From IMG/VR virus record IMGVR_UViG_3300044678_003809: a stretch of DNA of 64,000 nt. One strand, given 5' to 3'. Below are positions 26,989 to 34,867 of this stretch, piece after piece. Both the position numbers and the translations under genes were made by a program. The stretch's first letter is position 1. The number at the start of each line of letters is the position of its first letter. Under the pieces are notes generated by a model. The model searched no databases, had not been told where the DNA came from, and saw only the letters and a list, made by a program, of their open reading frames with translations. Source of the stretch: an uncultured virus (IMG/VR IMGVR_UViG_3300044678_003809) (Duplodnaviria > Heunggongvirae > Uroviricota > Caudoviricetes).

Positions 26989-28847
26989 GCTCGCAGCGCC
27001 GCCACGAGACGCTCGGCCCGGGACTGCACCCGAGGGTCGAAGGACGACACCACGATGCCGTCCAGGCGCGTGATGAGCCCGCGGCGCATGCTCGCCGGCA
27101 CCGACTTGGCCGCGACCGCATGCTCGACACGGCCGAGGGCCTCGAGCAGCACGACGTTGTCGGGATGCTCAAGGTAGCGGAGCACCAGGTAGAGGTTGTC
27201 CGGCACGCTCCCCGACTGCACCCGAAGGGTGTCGAGGGCGCGCACCAGGTCGGGACCACTGTCCGCCTCGAGCACGTCCTGCCTCAGGGCGGCCATGTTG
27301 GGCCCTCGCGAGCCCGAGGTGGGCGCCCGCAACGTCCGAGGGCGCCCGGGGGCTACCGCGGGCTCTGTCGGCCGATTCCACGTCGGCTCACCCTGGGACA
27401 TCGAGGGCCCTGAGACCCGCTTCGCTGTCGGCTTCCTCGGAGTTGCGGCTGTCGTGGGTTCCCGCACGATGGGCAGCGCGTTGGGCGTCATGGCCTCGTA
27501 GGTCCGTAGCCAGCGCATGGTCGTCGTGTGGCTGATGCCAAGCGTCCTCGAGGCCGCCCGGACGTTGCCGAAGTGGACGTTGACCGCCTCGGCAACGACC
27601 CGGGCGATGATCTCGTCGAGCGTGCCGTAGGGCCAGTCGCCGTCGACCTCGGGGCGCGTGCGGACGACGGCTGCCGGGGGACGCGCGCTCACAGGACCCG
27701 TCATCAGCGCCTGGTCCTGCAGCACGCGCTCACGCTGCTCGAGGCTGTGCGGCCGACTCAAGCGCAGCGCCTCCGCCGAGATCCACGAGTCGATCGATGG
27801 GTTCTGGCGAGCGGGCGTGGTCAGCCGCATGTACGGCTCGTCTTGGGACCACCCATGGCGGGAGTCCGAGTCGAAGCCCATGCGCTCGAGCAGCATGGCC
27901 ATCCCGGGGCTGACCACCCACGGCACCAGCTCGACTCCGGGGTGCTGGTCGATGATGCTCTGCACGAGCGCGCGAGCGACCCCGGCGCGCCGAGCATCCG
28001 CGTCGACCGCCACGGAAAAGCTCGCCTCGGAGTACCCGTCACTGAAGGGACGATACCCGAAGGTCGAAACCCCGACGACGTGCCCGTGGGGGCTGACGCA
28101 GACCTCGAAGGGCGTCTCGTAGTCCGAGGGTGTGATCCCGCAGTCGTCGAAGAAGTCGAGCACGTAGTCGGCTCTTTCAGCCGGTCGAATGGTCCATGGG
28201 GTGGGCTGCATGCTGCCTCCGTTTCGGCGGCTGTCCAGCGCGCGGCTCTGTCCACGGCTACTGGACACGTTCGCGCGGATGTCGGCGTCGTACGGATCGT
28301 AGGCGCCCGTGTTGTATGTAGCCGACTTGACCTGGTGGGGGGTGAAGACGACGTAGGTGGTCCCCAGCTCCTCCACCGGATCGTGCGGCCCGATGTCGTA
28401 GACGTTCTCCACGATCACTCCGTCGTAGCCGAGCCGCTGTGCTTTATCGGCCAGCTCCTCGATGTTGCGACCGAAGACCTCGAACGACAGGTCCTCGAGA
28501 TCATCGTAGTTGCGGCCCTCGGCGTCGATCAGCAGCGGGCGCTCGATACGCAAGTAGGCCGCGTAGACGCCCGGGTGCCACTTGACGTCCCGCTCCGGCA
28601 TGTCCACCGGTGGGGTCGGATCTCCGTAGTGCTGACCTGCGAGGAACGACTCCCCATGGCCCTCGATGTAGCTGGCGGCCACGGGTACCTGGTCGGTGAA
28701 GTAGATGCCACCGCCGCGGGGCTGGAACACCGTGAAGCCTCCGCTCGTCGCCCCGTGGTAGACGACCTTCGGCCGTCCGGCGGCGTCCACCACGACGGAA
28801 TCGCCGAACCACCGCTGGAAGGCCTTGCTCGAGGTCGCGTCGGACAT
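26985..28847 (-). CDS. polyvalent protein: ART-PolyVal-like ADP-ribosyltransferase domain, GNAT acetyltransferase, Fis-type HTH
   Basis: FQRWFGDSVVVD..GRPKVVYHG, GIYFT, GYDGVI, YVVF.P.QVKSA..N.G.YD; AVDADARRAGVARAL; HFGNVRAASRTLGISHTT. Confidence 0.75.
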   Translation of the reverse strand: MSDATSSKAFQRWFGDSVVVDAAGRPKVVYHGATSGGFTVFQPRGGGIYFTDQVPVAASYIEGHGESFLAGQHYGDPTPPVDMPERDVKWHPGVYAAYLRIERPLLIDAEGRNYDDLEDLSFEVFGRNIEELADKAQRLGYDGVIVENVYDIGPHDPVEELGTTYVVFTPHQVKSATYNTGAYDPYDADIRANVSSSRGQSRALDSRRNGGSMQPTPWTIRPAERADYVLDFFDDCGITPSDYETPFEVCVSPHGHVVGVSTFGYRPFSDGYSEASFSVAVDADARRAGVARALVQSIIDQHPGVELVPWVVSPGMAMLLERMGFDSDSRHGWSQDEPYMRLTTPARQNPSIDSWISAEALRLSRPHSLEQRERVLQDQALMTGPVSARPPAAVVRTRPEVDGDWPYGTLDEIIARVVAEAVNVHFGNVRAASRTLGISHTTTMRWLRTYEAMTPNALPIVREPTTAATPRKPTAKRVSGPSMSQGEPTWNRPTEPAVAPGRPRTLRAPTSGSRGPNMAALRQDVLEADSGPDLVRALDTLRVQSGSVPDNLYLVLRYLEHPDNVVLLEALGRVEHAVAAKSVPASMRRGLITRLDGIVVSSFDPRVQSRAERLVAALRA

Positions 28848-28849
28848 GG

Positions 28850-30727
28850 TCACTCCTCGACGATGCGGAGGTACTTCGGGGGGATGCTGCCCAGGATGAT
28901 CGCCGTGCGGGGGTCGTTCTCCGACTCCATGTGGAAGTCCTCCTCCCCCAGCGCGCTCATCAGGGAGTTGGCCGCCTCGGCCTCCACGACGTCGGGCTCG
29001 GCGTGAACCCGCGGCATGTAGCCGTCGCGTTTCATCGCAGTGGTGTCGATCTCGAAGACCACATCCCCGTAGACCCCGTCGAAGGCCTGCTCCAACTCGG
29101 TCGTCGTGAACACGGCCGCCCCGACCGAGCGGTTCCGAAGCCCGCGGGACTCGTTCGTCGCGCCGAGCCCGTCGGCTATGATGCTGTCGACGTTCTCGGC
29201 CTGGGTGGCGTGATAGAGCGGGCACGGACCATTCCAGAAGTGGGTGTAGTCCACGAAGGACGTGTCGATGTAGTCCTCGGGGTCCGTCTGACCCATGGAG
29301 ATTTCGTCCCCGAGCGCGCTCGCGCTCTTGGCGGCCACGCGACCGTCGACCGGGTCCATGCTGACGGCGATGAGATACATCGCCTCTCCCGTCCAGGTGC
29401 CCTCGTCGTTGAAGGTCGGGACCACCGCGTGGGTCCACCGGTAGATGGGCCCCGCGACCCACCGGTCCAGGTCCATGCCGTGGTAGACGTGAAACCCGCG
29501 GTTGGCGAACTCCTTGGCCAACTGGTGGAACTCGACGAGCGTCGTGCCGTGCTCGAGGAAGTCGTGCAGCCGACGGACGTCGTCAGGCAGGACATAAATC
29601 TCGACCTCTTCGATGAACCCATCGACGAGCGCGTACGCCAACGCTCTCGACACGCCCGCCGAGAGCATGGGCTCGAGGGTGCCGTCCGCCTGCACCTCGG
29701 CGAGCAGGGCGCGCATCTCCTGCAGGTCCAAGTCGGTCAGATGCCCCGTCGCAGCCGCGTGACGAATCTCAAGCGGCGTAGCCGACTTCCAATCGGCCAG
29801 GTGCGCGGAGTCTGGGCCCCCGAACAGAGCCGGCTGGTGGTGGATGGGGATGCCGTTCCGGCGCGTGGTCATGGCCAGCCTCCGCATCTCCGCTTTGTGG
29901 AGCCGACGCTGCTCGGCTCGGTAGGCCTCGACGACCATCGTCTCGACGAACCGGTCGTCTCGGCGGGATACATCCTCAGGGAGCATGCCGAAGGCGCGGG
30001 CGGCCGACTCGACCTCGAGGCGCAACGCATGCACGAGCGCCCGCTGGGGCAGAGCCTGGGGGCCGCGAGACAGGACCCCGGCGACGTCGTAGCGGTTGCC
30101 GATGGAGTCCGCCCAGAGCCGCTTGCGGCCCCCCGTGCTCACATCGGGGACGATGCGCACGTAGACCCCCGGGACTTCGGGCCACTCCGGGCCTCGGAAG
30201 CCTGGGGTCTGCAGGTACAACTCCTGCACGAGCGCATCCTCGTGACCCGCGTGGGCAATCACCACGGGCAGCGTGGCCCTCACGAAGTGCGGGTCCGACA
30301 ACCGGTCTCGGAGGGCTTGAAGGGCACCGCTCGGGTCGAAGCCGAGCCAGTCTTGGCCGATCTGGGCCAGACGACGCTCGAGGCTGCCCTCGTCGGGCTC
30401 CTGCTCGTAGTCGGAGGACATCGTCTGGCCACTGCTCGTGGCGTACTCCGCCTCCTCGGTCGCCGCCATGAGGGCCTCCGAAGCGATCTCTCGGAGCACC
30501 GTCGCCGCCGCCCAGAGGTCGTCCGCGGCGTCGTACTGCCCGGTGGTCTCCGCCGTCTCCGCTTCCTGATCGAGCCGGTCAGCCTCCGCGAGCATGTCGA
30601 GCTGCCGGGCGACGAAGTCCTGAGGCAACTGCGCGAGCGCCTCCTCGGGCAGCCACTCTCCCGTCATCCCGTGACTTCTTCCGTCCTGGCTGGTCCCGAC
30701 ATTGTCGATGAGAGGTCGTACTTTCAT
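28850..30727 (-). CDS. multidomain protein with C-terminal Tpt1/KptA-like ART-fold domain
   Basis: LYHAT..NVDSI..DGL, AVFTT, VVFEID, IPPKYL. Confidence 0.6.
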   Translation of the reverse strand: MKVRPLIDNVGTSQDGRSHGMTGEWLPEEALAQLPQDFVARQLDMLAEADRLDQEAETAETTGQYDAADDLWAAATVLREIASEALMAATEEAEYATSSGQTMSSDYEQEPDEGSLERRLAQIGQDWLGFDPSGALQALRDRLSDPHFVRATLPVVIAHAGHEDALVQELYLQTPGFRGPEWPEVPGVYVRIVPDVSTGGRKRLWADSIGNRYDVAGVLSRGPQALPQRALVHALRLEVESAARAFGMLPEDVSRRDDRFVETMVVEAYRAEQRRLHKAEMRRLAMTTRRNGIPIHHQPALFGGPDSAHLADWKSATPLEIRHAAATGHLTDLDLQEMRALLAEVQADGTLEPMLSAGVSRALAYALVDGFIEEVEIYVLPDDVRRLHDFLEHGTTLVEFHQLAKEFANRGFHVYHGMDLDRWVAGPIYRWTHAVVPTFNDEGTWTGEAMYLIAVSMDPVDGRVAAKSASALGDEISMGQTDPEDYIDTSFVDYTHFWNGPCPLYHATQAENVDSIIADGLGATNESRGLRNRSVGAAVFTTTELEQAFDGVYGDVVFEIDTTAMKRDGYMPRVHAEPDVVEAEAANSLMSALGEEDFHMESENDPRTAIILGSIPPKYLRIVEE

Positions 30728-30737
30728 GTGGGCGAGC

Positions 30738-32120
30738 CTACGTGAGCGACCCTGCTGCCGCAACCGCGGCCGAGCACTGTGCTCCATAAACCCAGGGGTC
30801 TTGTGACGCGTCCTCTACGAAAATCGTTTTCCCGGGGTAGCCCGCCGAACGTAACCACTGCCGAGCCCGGGTCTTGTCGTCCTCGGGTGCCACGGCGAAC
30901 ATGAACGCCTCGAGCGGTAGGATGCGGTGGACCTTGGCCTCCATGTACGGGTACGACAGCGCCGCGTGCCCGGATAGCCGATACCGCATCGCGATCTCGT
31001 CCGCCTCTTCACCCGTTCGGACGGCCGCGTAGGCGCGATGCTTGCGTTGGAGTACGCGATTCATGGCCGACCAAGTGCGCAGCACATGCCCGTCCTCGTC
31101 GAGATGAGCGGCGTGGTGGTCCTCCCCCGCTCGAGGTCCGAGAACCGCAAAGGAGTTCTCCGAGGTGTAGATGGACGGCGCCCACAGTCCCACGGCTTGG
31201 GCGTACAGGCGCTGGCTGTGCTCTCCCATGAAGCCTGTGGTCGTCTCGGTCCACACGTCGGTGGGGTACACGAGGGTGCTGTCCCGGTCGGCGACGAGTC
31301 GGTGGGCGTCAGGAGCCCCCGCCAAGGCGGTCTCCACGACCCCGATGTCCGCGAACAGGGCCAACCGACCAAAGACGACCGCCGGTCGGGACGCAATGGC
31401 CAGCGAGGGGTAGAGGAGGCCAGCACACCTCTTGATGCCTGCCGCGACGGGTCGGTCGAGGTTGACGCAGTGCGTGACGTACATGGCGGTCTGACCCGAG
31501 CGCCACGAGACCCTCCCCGTGCCCCAGGAAGGGCGCTCGAGCCGACCAGCGCCCGCACGACACGGGTCCAGCCCTCGAGTGCCGTCTGCGAGGCGGACGA
31601 GGCCACCGGGGGGCGTCTGCGGGTATAGGCGCCCCGCCTTGACGGAGTAGTAGAGTTGACCGACGTTGGTGGCGGGCGTGGCGGGGGCCGGCAGCACGGC
31701 GACCCGGCCTTGCGTTGCCGGACCTCCCAGATGGTTCACGACCCACTCGGTGACGATCGTGTCCAGGCCGTCGAAGACCTCCCCGACGAAGGCCTCCGGC
31801 TGAGACATCGTCTGCCCCGCGCCGCCGTCCAAGTAGTACCCCCCAGGGACGCGTCGCAGGGATACGGGGAGGCCGAGCGCCCGCTGGGCCTGATAGTCCG
31901 TGTTGACGCCTCGGAAGACGCCGTTGGGCAGGGACCGGTTGAAGAGAGTGGGGTTCACCGACAACCCCAGGACCAGACTCGCGCCGCTGCGCCACACGTA
32001 GACGTCGAGCACCGTGCGGGCGCCGAAGAGGTCCTTGGCGAAGGCCAGGAACCCCCGGGCGCCGTCTCGCACGGGCGCCGTAAGCCACGGCGGGCTGACG
32101 TTCTCGGAGCTGCGGGCCAT
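30738..32120 (-). CDS. hypothetical protein
   Basis: Long ORF starting MARSSEN, in the same operon. Confidence 0.55.
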   Translation of the reverse strand: MARSSENVSPPWLTAPVRDGARGFLAFAKDLFGARTVLDVYVWRSGASLVLGLSVNPTLFNRSLPNGVFRGVNTDYQAQRALGLPVSLRRVPGGYYLDGGAGQTMSQPEAFVGEVFDGLDTIVTEWVVNHLGGPATQGRVAVLPAPATPATNVGQLYYSVKAGRLYPQTPPGGLVRLADGTRGLDPCRAGAGRLERPSWGTGRVSWRSGQTAMYVTHCVNLDRPVAAGIKRCAGLLYPSLAIASRPAVVFGRLALFADIGVVETALAGAPDAHRLVADRDSTLVYPTDVWTETTTGFMGEHSQRLYAQAVGLWAPSIYTSENSFAVLGPRAGEDHHAAHLDEDGHVLRTWSAMNRVLQRKHRAYAAVRTGEEADEIAMRYRLSGHAALSYPYMEAKVHRILPLEAFMFAVAPEDDKTRARQWLRSAGYPGKTIFVEDASQDPWVYGAQCSAAVAAAGSLT

Positions 32121-32193
32121 GATGCGTCTCTTCCTGAAATCGTTTCCGCGGTGTACCGTACCGCAAACACTGTACTCGCGGAAGGCGATCCCC

Positions 32194-33246
32194 ATGCCTC
32201 TACTCCCCCCTGGCGTCGTCTACCTCTCGGGGGTCCGCAACGCCACCACCGACGCCGTCGTCAGCGACAACTACGACGTGCCACTCGGGCTCCTTGTGCA
32301 GCCGCTGACGGAGGACTACCTGAGCCCCCAGAAGTACGGTCGTGAGCACGCGACCGGGGGCGGCGCATACTCGTGGGCTGGGATCGACAACGGGTGTTTC
32401 ACCGCCGTGGGCCGCGCCAAGTTCCGCATCCGCGACTACCTCAGCCTGGCGGAACGCTCTCTGCGCCTGTGGGGCGACGGGCTGCTGTTCGTCACCGCCC
32501 CCGACGAGCCCTTCGACTGGGAAGGAACGCTGCGAAAGAGCCTGCCCGTGCTGCCGGCGATCCGTGAAGTCTGTCCCGGCCGGGCGGCGCTCGTGCTGCA
32601 GGATGGGGCAACTCCCGAGAACATCCCGTGGGAGGCCGTGGACGCCCTGTTCATCGGTGGCTCGACCGAGTGGAAGGTCGGGCCGGAGGCACGCGCCATC
32701 ACGAGGGTCGCTCGGCGGATGCACAAGTGGGTTCACATGGGGCGGGTCAACAGCGCCCACCGCATGGCCGTGGCCTACGACTTCGGGGTGGGCAGCGCGG
32801 ACGGCACCTACCTGCTGCACGCGACCGAGCTGGCGAAGGCGGTCATCGCCACGGCCTGGCTCTACTGCCCCGGTGGGGTACACCCCGACCTGTGTCAAGC
32901 CCTGGAGGCGCTCCGAGACCCGTCGCCGACCCTCCGACAGCGGGCCATCACCTTCCTCTCGACCCTGGCCAGACGGTACCCGCTCGCAGCCCAACTCGCC
33001 GCCGCCCGCGGGGCGGACCACGCCCCCGGCTATGCGACGGTCCTCGCCGAGGCGGTGTACCTCTTGGCCCAGAGGCGACGCATGTCTCCGAGCACCGTGC
33101 AACAGCAGGTGTCCCGCGTCGCGGAGGAAACGGCCGTGGACGACATGCTCGAGTGGATGCGAGCGGTGTACCGCCGCATGCAGCCGCACGAGAAATTCAA
33201 TCGCGCGGAGGATTACTACGCGCTGCTAGATCGCGACCGACGATAG
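32194..33246 (+). CDS. TGT/DpdA-like TIM-barrel protein (putative DNA base-exchange enzyme)
   Basis: IDNGCF, VTAPD, VLQDG, LFIGGSTEWK, WVHMGRVNS, SADGT. Confidence 0.6.
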   Translation: MPLLPPGVVYLSGVRNATTDAVVSDNYDVPLGLLVQPLTEDYLSPQKYGREHATGGGAYSWAGIDNGCFTAVGRAKFRIRDYLSLAERSLRLWGDGLLFVTAPDEPFDWEGTLRKSLPVLPAIREVCPGRAALVLQDGATPENIPWEAVDALFIGGSTEWKVGPEARAITRVARRMHKWVHMGRVNSAHRMAVAYDFGVGSADGTYLLHATELAKAVIATAWLYCPGGVHPDLCQALEALRDPSPTLRQRAITFLSTLARRYPLAAQLAAARGADHAPGYATVLAEAVYLLAQRRRMSPSTVQQQVSRVAEETAVDDMLEWMRAVYRRMQPHEKFNRAEDYYALLDRDRR

Positions 33247-33264
33247 CCGGTCGGGAATCCACGG

Positions 33265-33726
33265 TTACGGCAACATGAGCGCGCGCAACGCGGCGTCCTT
33301 CGCCGCCAGCAGCTCGCGCAAGGCGACGATCCGCTCGGGGTTGCGAGGCAGCGGGCCACCGAACGTGACGTTGCCCGCTTGGGGGTCGTTGTCGCCGTTG
33401 GCGATGGCGTGCGCCAACTCGCAGAACGGCCGCGCCGCGGTCGCAAGGCGGGCCGGCAAGCCCTCGTAGAGGAAGAACTGCAGGAGATACTCGGGGCGCG
33501 GGGGCTTCGCAGGCGTGCCCGGCGGTACGAGGATGTACCCAGGCTGCTCGATGTCCTTGTCGCAGTGCCCGACGCGGTGCCCGTAGAGCGGGTTCTTGGG
33601 GTCGCGCCCCGCGCCGTGTTTGTGCCGCTTTTGGCAGTGCGGGCAGCTCTCGACGACCAGGTGGATGCCGTCAGACGAAAGACGGGCGACGACCGAGGGG
33701 ATCTCGGATTTCGATTCGGATGTCAT
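33265..33726 (-). CDS. Zn-finger plus small helical-hairpin phage domain (possibly Acb2/Tad1-like)
   Basis: CPHC...H.HG; LQFFLYEGLP..L....RPF.ELA...LPRNPER.VALR.LL.AKDAA.RA. Confidence 0.55.
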   Translation of the reverse strand: MTSESKSEIPSVVARLSSDGIHLVVESCPHCQKRHKHGAGRDPKNPLYGHRVGHCDKDIEQPGYILVPPGTPAKPPRPEYLLQFFLYEGLPARLATAARPFCELAHAIANGDNDPQAGNVTFGGPLPRNPERIVALRELLAAKDAALRALMLP

Positions 33727-33778
33727 GTTTGCGCTCCTTCCCCTTACATGGGGTGAGAGCACCGTACCCGAGAATCGA

Positions 33779-34471
33779 CTACTTGGCAACAGCCGGTTTT
33801 CCGAACCCCTGCGCAGCCGCCACCGAAAGGGCGATGGCGCCCCCCAGGAAGCCCGTGAAGATGGGCGCGGCGGACCAGAGCAGCGCGCTGGTGACCTTCC
33901 CACCCCGGCGGTAGCCGTGATAGGCGCACCCGGCCACCATCGCGAGGGTGAGGTAGTAGCCGATCGAGGGCCCGCCGGGCTGCGACATGGCGCTGATACC
34001 GGACTGCCCCCCGCGGACCTTCATGTCCGCGAGCTGCGCCAGTTCGGCCGCCCGCAGCGTGTCCGCCTCGGAGCGGATCTTGACGACGTAGCTGCGCAAC
34101 ACACTGTGCGGAGACAGCCGCGGTTTCTCGGACACGACGGGGGCCCCGGGCTCTACCGGCTTCCGCGGCCTCGGGCGGGTCACCTCCGCGAGTTGCTGCT
34201 GCGTGGCCTGCACCAGCATCGCCGTGTTCACGGCAGACATGCCCTTCAACTTGGCCAGGTCCGTGACGGCCTGGACGATGGTCTTGACGCCCGTCGACAG
34301 GTAGTCCTTCGACGGGGGGTCGGTCGGCAGTGCGAGGAAGGCGTCGAGGTTGGCGATCACGAGACTGTAGTCCTGCTGCCGCTGCTCGAGCCTCTTCAGG
34401 TCGAAAGCGTCCACGGCCCCGAGGACGACGTTGCCCAACTGAATCGCGGACGGGATTTTCTCGAGGACCAT
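33779..34471 (-). CDS. membrane protein
   Basis: C-terminal AYHGYRR..ALLW..AQGFGKP hydrophobic domain. Confidence 0.6.
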   Translation of the reverse strand: MVLEKIPSAIQLGNVVLGAVDAFDLKRLEQRQQDYSLVIANLDAFLALPTDPPSKDYLSTGVKTIVQAVTDLAKLKGMSAVNTAMLVQATQQQLAEVTRPRPRKPVEPGAPVVSEKPRLSPHSVLRSYVVKIRSEADTLRAAELAQLADMKVRGGQSGISAMSQPGGPSIGYYLTLAMVAGCAYHGYRRGGKVTSALLWSAAPIFTGFLGGAIALSVAAAQGFGKPAVAK

Positions 34472-34521
34472 GTGCGCTCCTGTAGGGATGCACGAAGGGT
34501 CGCCCGAGTGCGAACGCACTG

Positions 34522-34734
34522 TCAAGTGCGATACCGCTCGGGATCGAGTTCGACCTGGTAGCCGTAACCCACGAGTTGGAAGGGGTCGGTGGCCTCTCGG
34601 ATGAAGTGGTCGAGGCTCTCCCACACCTCGTGCATGAGGTTCTCATGCTCGATGTCTGCGACGCGGCCATCGTCGAGCAGGAACAGGGTCCGTCCCGTGG
34701 ACAACTGGATCTGCATCTCCGTCTTCTTCGCCAT
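34522..34734 (-). CDS. small hypothetical protein
   Basis: GGAGG RBS before MAKKTEM. Confidence 0.55.
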   Translation of the reverse strand: MAKKTEMQIQLSTGRTLFLLDDGRVADIEHENLMHEVWESLDHFIREATDPFQLVGYGYQVELDPERYRT

Positions 34735-34867
34735 CGCTCGACCTCCATGAAGGGGGCCAAGATACCCCAGTGCGGCGGCATCTCCAAGGTGTGTTTCACC
34801 GAGACGCCGGGCGGTCGATACGGTACTATCCACAGCGACAGCGCCAACACCCAGGAGAGCCTCCATC

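Noticed and set aside
27528..30745. Long plus-strand ORFs 27528-29006 and 28931-30745
   Set aside because: Antisense shadows of motif-bearing minus-strand genes, as expected in high-GC DNA
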